From positions 1,184,001 to 1,248,000 of the forward strand of contig CBDFLE010000005.1 of the NCBI GenBank assembly GCA_965248925.1: 64,000 bases of DNA, in the 5' to 3' direction. This DNA is from Candidatus Multivoradales bacterium (GTDB lineage: Bacteria > Acidobacteriota > Thermoanaerobaculia > Multivoradales > J023). This document shows positions 1 to 9,951 of the stretch, one piece after another (position 1 is the first letter of the stretch; each line of letters opens with the position of its first letter). The translations under genes were made by a program, and so were the position numbers. The notes beneath the pieces were generated by a model that was not told the DNA's origin, did not search any database, and worked only from the letters and a program-made list of their open reading frames with translations.

Positions 1-1
1 G

Positions 2-1042
2 ATCGATCTCGGTTCGCCGGCTGATCTGCGGGGCAGCAGCACTGGCATCCTGCTGGTTCATGGCTGGTGTTCGAACCCGGTTTGGCCGGTGAGCGATTTC
101 ATCAACGGCCGCATCGGCGGTACCTCAGTGTTCAGCGACCCCAGCGCCAGCCGCTCCCACGACGCATTCGCCCAGCTGATTCGCGATCAGGGAGACGCCC
201 GCTTCAACACCGCCTTCAGCGTCGTCGCCCACAGCCAGGGAGGTGCCGCCGCCACCCACTTGCGGGCCTACTACACCAGTGGTCTCGACAACACTACGGC
301 ACCGCGGCGGATCCAATCGATGGGTACGCCCTATCTCGGCAGCACACTGATGGATCTCTACTTTGCCACCGGCCCGATCGGCTGGATTGTGAGCGAGATC
401 TTCGGTTTCTGCGGCCAGCAATTCAGCTTGACGACTTTCGGTAGCCTGCTGTGGAACGTCTCTCTTCCGAGCTTTGTTCGTGACGAGGTGTTCTTCTACC
501 GTACCCGCCATACCCGGCCGAGCAACTTCTGGCAGCGCCTGCAATTCTGGCGCTGGCGTTGCAACCTCGCCTCCTTCATCATCCCCAGCGCTGACGATGG
601 CGTTGTGGCCGACTTCCAAGGCATCTTGTGGGGCGGCAATAGTCTGGGTATCACCGATGGCGAATGTCATACCGGCGGCATGCACCACCCTTCCCAAACC
701 CGCAATGGTACGCGCAACGACACCATGGACCGCCTCGGCCGACCGCAGCCGGCGGGGCCGGCCGCCAACTGTTTCGTCCAGTCCACCTGGCAGCCAGGAG
801 GGCCGACCGGCGATGGCTACTATGAGTACTACGTCAATGCCTCCAACAGCGTCGCTGGCAGCGGCAATACGATCGCCACCTATACTTGGATCAACGGCGC
901 CCTACCCGGCCCGCCGACCAGCAATCCGCTCTACGGGCCACTGACTCCGGGTTTGCCCGGCCATCCCAACAGCTACACCGTCTATGTGGTTGTTACCGAC
1001 ACGTCGGGAGCTACCGCCGCCACTAGCTGCCAGGTACCCTAG
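2..1042 (+). CDS. Conditioned-medium-factor (CMF)-like alpha/beta hydrolase with C-terminal PKD/Ig-like domain; 5'-partial (frame open from window start)
   Basis: Frame is open from nt 2 (ILLVHGWCSNPVWPVSDF). Nucleophile elbow VAHSQGG, then HLRAYYTSGLD and IQSMGTPY, as recalled for Dictyostelium CmfA and its bacterial homologues. C-terminal beta-rich tail YTVYVVVTDTSG. Confidence 0.75.
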   Translation: MDLGSPADLRGSSTGILLVHGWCSNPVWPVSDFINGRIGGTSVFSDPSASRSHDAFAQLIRDQGDARFNTAFSVVAHSQGGAAATHLRAYYTSGLDNTTAPRRIQSMGTPYLGSTLMDLYFATGPIGWIVSEIFGFCGQQFSLTTFGSLLWNVSLPSFVRDEVFFYRTRHTRPSNFWQRLQFWRWRCNLASFIIPSADDGVVADFQGILWGGNSLGITDGECHTGGMHHPSQTRNGTRNDTMDRLGRPQPAGPAANCFVQSTWQPGGPTGDGYYEYYVNASNSVAGSGNTIATYTWINGALPGPPTSNPLYGPLTPGLPGHPNSYTVYVVVTDTSGATAATSCQVP

Positions 1043-1053
1043 CCGAGGTTCTC

Positions 1054-2907
1054 CTAGGGATCGAAAAAGAAGGGGCTGGTCCAGGCGGCGTGGCCATCGC
1101 GCTGCACCGCTCGCAAATAGAGGTAGTCACCAGCCTCGGCGGTAGCAATCTCGACCGCGAAGGCGCAGCGCAACTCGCCATCGCAAGGGACTTGCGAGGC
1201 TAAATCGCCGTTACTGATCAGCTCGACTCGGTCGAGTTCAGCCACGGCGAAGACCTGGGCCACCAGAGTGCGGGGGGGGATGCCGGGCAGCGGCCCCACC
1301 TTGCCCGCGCCATAGTCCTGAGCCGAGATCGCGGCACCCATCTGCCATCCTGCCAGGCTGACCCGCAGCAAGATCCGTGGGCCGCTGGTGGCATAGGTGC
1401 GGCGAGCGGTTAGGGCTTCGTAGACCGCTTCACGGCTCAGTTCATCGGCCAAGATTGCCGCCAGCCCCCCCGCCGGGGAAGCCAGATGGCCCAGTCCTGG
1501 ATGGCCATCATGACCATCGCTAGAACCGATGAAACCCAGTCGATAGCCTCGCGCCAGAGCATCGCGAACGAAGTTTCCGGCCACCGGCTGGTAGATCAAC
1601 AGCGGCGAGTCGGCCGCCTCGCTGGAGCCATGCACCGAGACGATCTCAGTCACTGGCTCGAATCGGGGATCGGGAGCGATCGACCAATCGGTGGCAATCG
1701 GCCCACCTGCACTGTGGTGGGCGATGGTCAAGGCGCGGCGGCCAGCGAGCGCCCGCCACAGCTCGTCCGGGGTGTCGAACTCCGCTGCCAACGAACTGAA
1801 GATCCGCGGCCGGCTGTCGAAAAAGAGTACATGGCGATGGCCGTGAATCCAGCTGGTCCACTCGAAACCTGGGATGGTGACGAAGCGGCCAGGCTGATGG
1901 AAGGCGGTTCCCTGATCGATAATCTCGGCCCACATCGCTGGGTTCTGGTCGAGGAAGGGTAAGCCCCAATGGTCGTGATCGGTCAACGCCACCACATCGA
2001 GGGCCGACACATCGCGGGCGTAGCGAAAAAAGTCTTCAGGCAGCGCGGTTCCATCGGAAAAATTAGAGTGGTTTTGCAGGTCAGCCCACAGCACTCGGCG
2101 TCCAGCCGCGGCGACCTGCAAAGGGTTCGAAACCGCGCTCAGGCCGAGGTCACTGATCGCCTCGACGCGCACCACCCCAGCTTCGCGAGGAGTGATTTCG
2201 AGGGTTCGCTGCCCCAAGTCGGCTGGCGTCAAACGCACGCTCCGCGGCATCTCCACCGAGGTGGAATCGACCACCAGTTTGATCTCAGTGGCCGCCGCGA
2301 TACCCGCGTTACCCTGCCCATCGAGCAAAGCGATAGTGAGTCGCACCGGCTCACCCGGATGGGCGGTTGAAGGCAAAGTGAGGAACAATCGCCGAGGCGC
2401 GCCGGCCACCACTTCGACAGTCGGCGACTGCTGCAACAAACCACGAACTCCATCGCCATCGCCATCGACCGCAATCCAGAAACGCGATCCGCGCTCGGCA
2501 AAGCGATCACCGCGGGCGCCTTGGGAGCCAGCGCCGTAGAGGATCTCAATGCGTTCCCCAGCGGCTAGAGGCCGGCCGCCAATGGTGATGCCGAGCAGCT
2601 GCTGATCGATCGTCTCTGGGTGTAGCTCAACCCCCGTGGCGGTGGTCGAGAGGGAACAGAAGCCAGGCGCATCCGGACGCTCGGTCTGCGGCGTTGACCA
2701 GCCCCAGAAGGGCGACACCTGGAGGAACACCGTGCCCCCTACCGCCACCCCCGGCGACCCGGCTTCGAACCAGATCCGCCAGCGACCCGGCCGGCCAGCG
2801 ACGAAGGTCGTGCTGGCGCCTGCCTCCCAGGGGTCCACCCAGGCCCGGCCAACGCCATCGGCTGCAGACCGCGCGGCGTCGAGATCCTGGCGTAGAGTTG
2901 CCACCAA
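1054..2907 (-). CDS. PHP-family (CehA/McbA, DUF3604-like) metallohydrolase, probable lipoprotein; true start likely upstream (~3021)
   Basis: WADLQNHSNFSDG, ALTDHDH, GFEWT..GHRHV, IAHH, SSDGHDGH, RRTYATSG motifs. The in-frame upstream extension encodes LALLLGAC (lipobox). Confidence 0.85.
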   Translation of the reverse strand: MVATLRQDLDAARSAADGVGRAWVDPWEAGASTTFVAGRPGRWRIWFEAGSPGVAVGGTVFLQVSPFWGWSTPQTERPDAPGFCSLSTTATGVELHPETIDQQLLGITIGGRPLAAGERIEILYGAGSQGARGDRFAERGSRFWIAVDGDGDGVRGLLQQSPTVEVVAGAPRRLFLTLPSTAHPGEPVRLTIALLDGQGNAGIAAATEIKLVVDSTSVEMPRSVRLTPADLGQRTLEITPREAGVVRVEAISDLGLSAVSNPLQVAAAGRRVLWADLQNHSNFSDGTALPEDFFRYARDVSALDVVALTDHDHWGLPFLDQNPAMWAEIIDQGTAFHQPGRFVTIPGFEWTSWIHGHRHVLFFDSRPRIFSSLAAEFDTPDELWRALAGRRALTIAHHSAGGPIATDWSIAPDPRFEPVTEIVSVHGSSEAADSPLLIYQPVAGNFVRDALARGYRLGFIGSSDGHDGHPGLGHLASPAGGLAAILADELSREAVYEALTARRTYATSGPRILLRVSLAGWQMGAAISAQDYGAGKVGPLPGIPPRTLVAQVFAVAELDRVELISNGDLASQVPCDGELRCAFAVEIATAEAGDYLYLRAVQRDGHAAWTSPFFFDP

Positions 2908-3017
2908 GTCATGGCGTGGTTGGCGAACAGGGGCGGCGACCGCCGCCTGCTCAGCAGGCGGCGTAGCGCAGGCGCCCAGTAGCAGGGCGAGAGTCGCCGC
3001 TCTAGAGTGCAGAGGGG

Positions 3018-3698
3018 TCAGTGGACTTGCTCGGGTTGGGCGTCGTCGCGATGCCGCAGATCGAGGCCCATACCCATCAGCGACAACAGCATTTGATGGC
3101 GGTGATCGACATCTTCTGCTTCGAGCAATGCTTGCTTCTCGGCCGGTGCGAAAGGCAGGGCCATGGCCAAGCTGTTGAGAATCGCTAGCCCGGAGAGTTC
3201 CCGCAACTTGTCGAGATCGAGTTCGAGATGGTTGGCACGGCCGAAAACCTGTAGCGCCAGCAGCAGATCATCGGCATCGAATTCGGCCTGTCCGCTCTGC
3301 CGTGCATCTTCGGCAAACTCCGCGTAGTCAGCCTCGACCCGGCGATAGCCACTCTGCGGCGGCAGCTCACGGCGAATGCGGAAGCGGCTGACCCCCTCCA
3401 GTAGCAAGATGTAACGGTCATCGTCGAGACGCTCCCAACGATCTATGCGGCCAGCGCAGCCGACCCCATAGAGCTGCTGCTTATCGCCCTCGCTCTCGCC
3501 CTCGCGGCGGGATTCGCCAGCGTCCGCGAAAGGCTGAATCATCCCCATATAACGATGACTGTCGAGGGCGTCCTGCACCAATGCCAGGAAACGGGGCTCG
3601 AAGATGTGCAACGGTAGGCGACTGCCAGGCAGCAGCAACGCCCCATTGAGGGGAAAGATCGGCAGAATTTCGGGACACTCGCCGTCAAACTCGGCCAT
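3018..3698 (-). CDS. LON peptidase substrate-binding (N-terminal) domain protein
   Basis: LPIFPL..ALLLPG..LPLHIFEPR, GCAGRI, EKQALLE; GGAGG RBS upstream. Confidence 0.93.
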   Translation of the reverse strand: MAEFDGECPEILPIFPLNGALLLPGSRLPLHIFEPRFLALVQDALDSHRYMGMIQPFADAGESRREGESEGDKQQLYGVGCAGRIDRWERLDDDRYILLLEGVSRFRIRRELPPQSGYRRVEADYAEFAEDARQSGQAEFDADDLLLALQVFGRANHLELDLDKLRELSGLAILNSLAMALPFAPAEKQALLEAEDVDHRHQMLLSLMGMGLDLRHRDDAQPEQVH

Positions 3699-3869
3699 TG
3701 GGCAGCCTCCAAGAAATGTCGAGACGCGCTCGACTAGAGTAGCTTATCAAACCCGCTGTCTGCGAAATCGTACAGGCGGGCTGGTCTTTTTTCTCTGTTC
3801 GGCGGTGGTTCGGGGTCAGCGGTAACAAATCTTTCAGGCTGGCGTTGATCTTACTAAGAGGCCAACAAC

Positions 3870-5597
3870 ATGAGCGAAAACCCCCTGTCTCGATTCTTAC
3901 CCAGCAGCACTTCGGCCCTGCTCATCATCACTTTGCTAGGGGTCAGTTCCAGCGCCGCCGCCAGACCCCTTCGACTGCGCGCCGTCGAAGTGCCACTGCC
4001 GGGACCGCCAGCCGCCATCGTCCCGGCGGACCTCGATGGCGATGGCATCCATGATTTGTCGGTGGTCGTGGCCTACACCCGGTGGGATCAGATCAGCATC
4101 GAAGAAAGCAGCGAGATCGATGGCATCGAAGGGCTGGTCGAGGTGCTCACCATCGTGCCCTCGCTGCTCGACCGGCGCGAGCTGCGGGTTTATCTGGGCC
4201 AGCAAGAGGGGGGCTACGTGGCTGCCGGCGAGCCCCTGGAGCTGGGCCTCGAAGTGCTTGCCCTGGCCGCCGGAACCGCGACTTGGCCGGTGGTGGCGCT
4301 GACCGACAGCGGCCTCTCCGCCCTGCGGCTGCAAGGTCCAACCGACGACCGACACATCGTCCTTGAGCCAGTGCTGAAGGAGCGCCCTGTGATGGCTGGC
4401 AGTGGGATCTTCCTGCCCCGGCTGGAGCTGGCCCAAGACCTCGACGGCGATGGTGACCAGGACATTCTCTTTCCCGCCGCCAACGGAGCGGCGATCTATC
4501 TCGACCAAAACGGCCAACTGCAATTGGCCAGCCGTCAGACATTGCCCACCGACCGGCGCTACGCCAGCGGTGGGCGTCTCTACCGCCACTATCCGCGACC
4601 GCAAGTCAAAGATGTCACCGGCGACGGACTGCCCGACATATTGTCGCCTGACGACCGCCACGGCTGGCAGAAGTTCCACCTGCAAGTCGGCCTGGGCAAC
4701 GGCCGCTTCGGCGACCCCCGAGAACCCCTCGAGGGTACTCGCTTGGGTGCCCTCGCCGCAGCTGAAACCAAGGCCGCCAACGGGGCTGAGGCCGGCCAAG
4801 ACACCAGCGAGGAATCCGCTGAGCAGCCGCAAGAGGAGCGCGAAGAGCTGGTCCACTTTGGTGATCTCGATGGCGATGGCCGCGGCGAGTACCTCACCAG
4901 CACTCCATTGAGCGACGGCAAAGACGGCCTGCGAGCGGGGCTGGCTGAAGTCAAGCGCCCCTCGTTTCGCTTCGCCATCTATCCCAGCGCCGAGGATCGT
5001 GCGCCGGCGGCAGAACCCAGCCATACCTTCCCGGTCACCGGCTATTCGTTCGGTGGCGAGTCGAGCATCGGCCTACCCGGCGGCATGCGCGACCTCGACG
5101 GCGACGGTCGCCTTGATTTGATCACCCTGACCTTGGAGTTCTCGATGCTCCAGGCACTGCGGATTCTGGCCACCAAATCACTCAGCGTGGGCATCGATTT
5201 CCACCTCTGGTGTCAGCAGCAAGACGGCAGCTTCGGCCAGGTCGATGGGCTCGACTTATCAGGCAAGCTACGCCTCAACTTGAAGGATTTGGCGCTGGGC
5301 CAGTTATCCCAATTCGCCGGCGACTTCGATGGGGACGGTCGGGCCGACTTTGTGCAAATGGGGAGGGGTAAGAAAGTCACCATCCACCGCGGCCAACCTG
5401 GCTGCTCCTACCCCGGCAAGCCTGATCTGGTGCTGAAGCTCGCCGACGCGCCGCGTGATCTCGGCCTTGTGCGGGTCGAGGATTTCGACGGCGATGGCCT
5501 TTCCGACCTGTTGATCATTCAACCCGAGAGGGCCGTCGAAGCCGGTGTCACGCCACCGGTTCGGCTCGATCTCTATCTTTCGGGAGAGCGTTCATGA
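3870..5597 (+). CDS. Secreted FG-GAP/VCBS repeat protein
   Basis: Signal peptide; at least 7 DxDGDG..D repeats (DLDGDGIHD, DLDGDGDQD, DVTGDGLPD, DFDGDGRAD, DFDGDGLSD). Confidence 0.88.
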   Translation: MSENPLSRFLPSSTSALLIITLLGVSSSAAARPLRLRAVEVPLPGPPAAIVPADLDGDGIHDLSVVVAYTRWDQISIEESSEIDGIEGLVEVLTIVPSLLDRRELRVYLGQQEGGYVAAGEPLELGLEVLALAAGTATWPVVALTDSGLSALRLQGPTDDRHIVLEPVLKERPVMAGSGIFLPRLELAQDLDGDGDQDILFPAANGAAIYLDQNGQLQLASRQTLPTDRRYASGGRLYRHYPRPQVKDVTGDGLPDILSPDDRHGWQKFHLQVGLGNGRFGDPREPLEGTRLGALAAAETKAANGAEAGQDTSEESAEQPQEEREELVHFGDLDGDGRGEYLTSTPLSDGKDGLRAGLAEVKRPSFRFAIYPSAEDRAPAAEPSHTFPVTGYSFGGESSIGLPGGMRDLDGDGRLDLITLTLEFSMLQALRILATKSLSVGIDFHLWCQQQDGSFGQVDGLDLSGKLRLNLKDLALGQLSQFAGDFDGDGRADFVQMGRGKKVTIHRGQPGCSYPGKPDLVLKLADAPRDLGLVRVEDFDGDGLSDLLIIQPERAVEAGVTPPVRLDLYLSGERS

Positions 5598-7048
5598 AGA
5601 TCGGCAACAGCACCCATGGCTGCGCCCTTCTCCATCTACTCGCCACTGCCGGGTTGCTCCTCCTCGGGCTGGGCCAGGCGGCGACGGTGAACGCGCAGGA
5701 AGCTACGATCGAGCGGCGGCAGTCCTTTTCGGCAGTGGTTTGGCAAGCTCGGCTACCAGGCGCGGTCACCCATTTCGAAACCTGGGGCGACGGAGAGCTG
5801 GCGCTGCGCGTCGAGACCCACCCTGAGCAGCCGGCGGAGCTGTGGCGTTTAGATACCGCCGCCGAAAGCACCCTGCTCAAGATCGCCTCTTTACCGGTCG
5901 GCAGCGCCGGCCTACGAGCCACGGCGAGCGGCGGCGCCGGCGAGATGCTCACCGCCGACCTTGACCAGCTGTGGTCGGTCCACCGCGACGGCCAAGCCCG
6001 GCCACTGCTCGCCGAGCGGCGGGCGAGTCTCGCCGGGTGGGTCGCCAGCCGCGGCGGATGGTCGGCGTTGGCTGAAGTAGGGCAGTTTTTGATTTTCCAT
6101 GGCGACAACCGCTCGGCGGTCCTCGAAGTCCGCCTACCGGTAGCGGTGAAGCGGCGCCGATACGGTCTCGAGCTGAGTTCGCCGACCGTGAGTTCGTTGT
6201 GGCCGACAGACGCCTCCGGTCCTCTCTTCTTGGCCGCTCCGCACCCCGAAGGCAAACGCCGGCTGCGTACCGTTTGGGTCGATGCAAGCAGTGAACCCCC
6301 AACCAGCCACGAAACCTGGTCGCGCTTCCCCACCGCCGAGCGTCTGGACCAGACAGAGTACCTGCTGGTCGATGGCCAGCCGATGCTCTTCGCTGTCACC
6401 CTCGACGGCGAGAAGGTCAGAATCTTCGGCAAGAAGCGGCTCTTCGTTTTCCCCCTCAGCATCGATCGCACCCGCGCCGGTAGCCGGCCAAGGTTCGAGC
6501 TGATCACCGCCAGTCGCTTGTGGCAGGATCTCGACATCTCCGTCGCCGAACTTGATGGCGACAGCCATCAGGATCTGGTGCTGATCCAACCCGAGGGCTT
6601 TGCCGGCGGCAAGCTGATCGTCGAGGCCTACCACGGTCGCGGCGGCGGTCGCTTCGACTCCCGGCCGCGCCGGTCGGTCGTCGACTTCAACGGCAAATGG
6701 AGCTACGGCCAAGATCTAAACGGCGACGGCGAGGCCGATCTGGCGATGCTCTCTAGCGAACTGGTGGTGTTCCCCGGAGTCGCCCGCCAGCAGGGTAAAG
6801 CGGTGATCAGTAAGAAAGCGAATTGGCGGCTACCGATCGACGTAGAGCAAGCTGGGACAGCTGGAGACTCGGTAGGCATCAAGGTCGGCGGCGAGGCTGC
6901 CGAAGTCGAATCAAACGCAGACACCGACCAGCAGATTCTGCGAGTACTCGATCTGTGGCCTGGCCACGGTCCCGCCGCGATCCTCGTGGCGAAGCAGTCG
7001 CCAGAGTACACCGACTTCTGGCTTGTGCAGTTGGCGACCGATGGCTAG
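5594..7048 (+). CDS. Secreted FG-GAP/VCBS repeat-containing protein
   Basis: ATGA overlap with upstream gene; signal peptide; ELDGDSHQD and DLNGDGEAD repeats. Confidence 0.8.
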   Translation: MKIGNSTHGCALLHLLATAGLLLLGLGQAATVNAQEATIERRQSFSAVVWQARLPGAVTHFETWGDGELALRVETHPEQPAELWRLDTAAESTLLKIASLPVGSAGLRATASGGAGEMLTADLDQLWSVHRDGQARPLLAERRASLAGWVASRGGWSALAEVGQFLIFHGDNRSAVLEVRLPVAVKRRRYGLELSSPTVSSLWPTDASGPLFLAAPHPEGKRRLRTVWVDASSEPPTSHETWSRFPTAERLDQTEYLLVDGQPMLFAVTLDGEKVRIFGKKRLFVFPLSIDRTRAGSRPRFELITASRLWQDLDISVAELDGDSHQDLVLIQPEGFAGGKLIVEAYHGRGGGRFDSRPRRSVVDFNGKWSYGQDLNGDGEADLAMLSSELVVFPGVARQQGKAVISKKANWRLPIDVEQAGTAGDSVGIKVGGEAAEVESNADTDQQILRVLDLWPGHGPAAILVAKQSPEYTDFWLVQLATDG

Positions 7049-7124
7049 CAGCGTATAGTTCGGGCTGGCGGCGGTCGACCGCGGCGGGTCCGGCCGCCGG
7101 CAACCAATTGCGCCGCTAGCAACC

Positions 7125-8465
7125 ATGAATACACCGACCATCGACAGCCTGATCCTGCTACCCCAGGACGAAGCGATCGAGCGCAGCTTCGACGCCACCA
7201 ACCTGTTCCGCTTGCGGCGCCTCTTGTTGGCCTACGCCTTTGTGCCCATGGGCCTGCTGCTAAACGCCATCTTCGCCGGCTCCTGGGCCGGTGGAGCGGC
7301 GGCGGCGAGTAGTTTGATCGCCATCGCGCTGTTCTTCGCTCTGCATCAGCGTTCGTGGTTCGAGCTTCGTTTCCGCCGCCTGCTGGTGGCGGTGATGGTG
7401 GTGCTATTCGTCGGCTTGATGGCGCAGCAGATACTCTCCGACGGCGAGTTCAGGGCCGCGGCGATCATCTTTGGTTTTCTCACCCTGCTCTTCCTGCTCA
7501 AGACCGAAGAGTACTTGGTGCTCTATGGAATCTATTGGGGCACTGTGTTCTCGATGCATATGTGGCCCTCCATCTTCGGCGGTAGCTCTTCCGACGTCGA
7601 TGAATTGATCGCCACCACGGTGATGACGGTAATCTTGCTCGTATTCGCTATCCGCAAGGCAAGGCGTAGGCGGCGCGAGCGGGGCGGGGAGTGGCGGCGC
7701 GAGCGCGACCACTACGACGAAAAACTGCGCATGCGCGAAGAACTCGAAGCCGCGCGCCGCATCCAGCTCCAGATGTTGCCCGGCCGCGACACCGCGATCG
7801 ATTGGCTCGACACCGCCAGCATGTCGCTGCCCGCCACCGAGGTCGGCGGCGACTACTACGACTACTTCGAACTGGCCGAGGACCGCCTGGCGGTGGTCAT
7901 TGGCGATGTTGCTGGCCACGGCGTCACCTCCGGCATCCTACTTTCCGGGGTGCGCAGTTGCTTGCACCTGCTGCACGAGTTTGGTTCACCGATCCGTGAG
8001 ATCATGGAGAAGCTAGACCATGTGGTGCGTCAGACCACCGACCGGCGGATGTTCTTCACTCTTCTCTACTCGATATTCGACCGCCAAGCCGGCACCGTGA
8101 CTCTATCCTCGGCCGGCCACACGCCCCTGCTGCACTACTCCAAAGCAGACGACGTAGTCCGCGAAATCGACCTGCCGGCCCTGCCCCTGGGCACCCCCTT
8201 GCCGGCCACCTTCGAGATCACCAAAATCGAGTACGCGGTGGGTGACGCCTTCCTGTTCTACACCGACGGTCTCTCCGAGTTGCTCGACAAAGCGGGCGTT
8301 GCCTACGAGATCGACCGCCTCGCCGACTGCCTGCTCAAAGCCGCCCAGCGGGGCAAGAACGCCCTGGCCATCCGCGACGCCCTGCTCAACGACCTGTGGA
8401 GCCACAAAGGCAACGCCGAACAGCTCGATGACATCACCATGGTGGTGGTCCGCCCGTTGGGTTGA
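7125..8465 (+). CDS. Membrane-bound PP2C/SpoIIE (RsbU-like) Ser/Thr phosphatase
   Basis: About 6 hydrophobic helices, then ELEAARRIQ, EVGGDYYD, IGDVAGHG, SAGH, YTDGL, DDIT motifs. Confidence 0.93.
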   Translation: MNTPTIDSLILLPQDEAIERSFDATNLFRLRRLLLAYAFVPMGLLLNAIFAGSWAGGAAAASSLIAIALFFALHQRSWFELRFRRLLVAVMVVLFVGLMAQQILSDGEFRAAAIIFGFLTLLFLLKTEEYLVLYGIYWGTVFSMHMWPSIFGGSSSDVDELIATTVMTVILLVFAIRKARRRRRERGGEWRRERDHYDEKLRMREELEAARRIQLQMLPGRDTAIDWLDTASMSLPATEVGGDYYDYFELAEDRLAVVIGDVAGHGVTSGILLSGVRSCLHLLHEFGSPIREIMEKLDHVVRQTTDRRMFFTLLYSIFDRQAGTVTLSSAGHTPLLHYSKADDVVREIDLPALPLGTPLPATFEITKIEYAVGDAFLFYTDGLSELLDKAGVAYEIDRLADCLLKAAQRGKNALAIRDALLNDLWSHKGNAEQLDDITMVVVRPLG

Positions 8466-8531
8466 GATTCGAGAGCTACAGCTCGACAGAATTGAACAGA
8501 GAGGGGCACTGGGTCAGGGGAGCACTTAAAT

Positions 8532-9951
8532 GGCTCTCCTCAAATAGGAGTGGGTGGATTTCGCCACACTTGTTGCCGGCCGCCCATAGACGGGCGAGGA
8601 CGACCGGCAGCAAGCATGGCGAAATGACGAAGCTGTAAGTAGTTGAAAACGCACAGGGTTTCCTGTTCTCCTTGGAAGTACTACAAAACCGAGGAGGAAG
8701 GGTCACCCCATGCGCATCACTACTGTATTCCGTCGCCTTCTGGCTGTCACGAAGATGTACATCGAAGACGTCGCGTTCACCGTTGAGGGGGGACTCGCGA
8801 TCCAGGTCCGGCCAACCTGGCGTATTTCCCGGTGCGGGCACTGCGGCCGGAAGGCCTCGCGGTATGACCGCCGACCTCTGCGCCGGTGGCGGCATGTCCC
8901 GTGGGGACGGGCGTCTGTGGAGCTGATCTATGAGCCGTGGCGGGTGAACTGCCGTGATTGCGGTGTTCGCGTCGAGCTGGTGCCATGGGCCGACCGGGGT
9001 AGCCGCTTCACCTACGACTTTGAGGAGATGGCCGCTTATCTGGCACAGGTCACCGACAAGACTCAAGTCCAACGACTCCTCGCCATCTCTTGGCAGACCG
9101 TCGGCTCGATCGTCAAGCGGGTCGTGGCACGACGCCTCGATTCTGAGCGCCTCCTGGGTCTGCGCCGGATTGGCATCGATGAGTTCAGCTATCGTAAGCG
9201 GCATAGGTACTTGACGATTGTCGTCGACCATGACCGCCGTCGCGTCGTTTGGACGGGCGAAGGCAAGAGTTCCGAGACTCTGGCGCCCTTCTTCGAACTC
9301 CTGGGCGAGGAGCAGTGCCAGAAGATCGAGACTGTCACCATCGACCTTTCCGCAGCCTTCATCAAGGCCGTCCGTGAAGGGCTGTCGAAAGCAGAGGTCG
9401 TCTTCGATCGCTTCCATGTACAGCGCTTGGCCTCCGACGCGGTTGACGAAGTGCGGCGCAGCATCGTACGCGAGCTGGCGATCGATCCCGAAAGGGCCCG
9501 AGCCGTCAAGAGCACGCGATACGTCCTGCTCAAGAATCCTTGGAACCTGAGTCCCACCCAGCGCAGTAAGCTGGCGGAAATCCAAGCTACGAACCGGCGC
9601 CTGTACCGGGCCTTACCTCCTCAAGGAGACGTTGGCTCAAACCCTCGACTATCGCCAACCCTGGCGGGCAGAGATAGAACTCGGCGAATGGCTGGCTTGG
9701 GCGTCGAGATCTAAGCTCAAGCCCTTTGTCAAGGCCGCTCGAACGATCCGTAAACACCGGGTCGGCATTCTCGCCTACATCAGAACACGACTCACCAATG
9801 GACTCGTCGAAGGAATCAACGGGAAGATCAGAATGATCACCCGGCGGGCTTTTGGATTCCACTCCCATCAAGCACTCTCTGCCATGATCTTCCTCAACTG
9901 TGGCGGCATCAAACTACAGCCTCCGGTACCCACTGCAAGTTGAGGAGAGTC
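8532..9951 (+). mobile_element. ISL3-family insertion sequence (~1420 bp)
   Basis: 24-bp imperfect terminal IRs: left ggctctcctcaaataggagtgggt (8532), right end reverse complement gactctcctcaacttgcagtgggt (ending 9951); encloses an ISL3 transposase. Confidence 0.92.
8710..9943 (+). pseudogene. ISL3-family transposase, +1 frameshift at ~9613 (real or sequencing error)
   Basis: Zn finger CGHC..CRDC, GIDEFS, TIDLS, FDRFHV. Removing one T at gcc-t-tac restores LYRAYLLKETLAQ and continues to TNGLVEGINGKIR..RRAFGF. Confidence 0.9.

Noticed and set aside
8476-9585. 369-aa minus-strand ORF
   Set aside because: Antisense shadow of the ISL3 transposase; no independent motifs.
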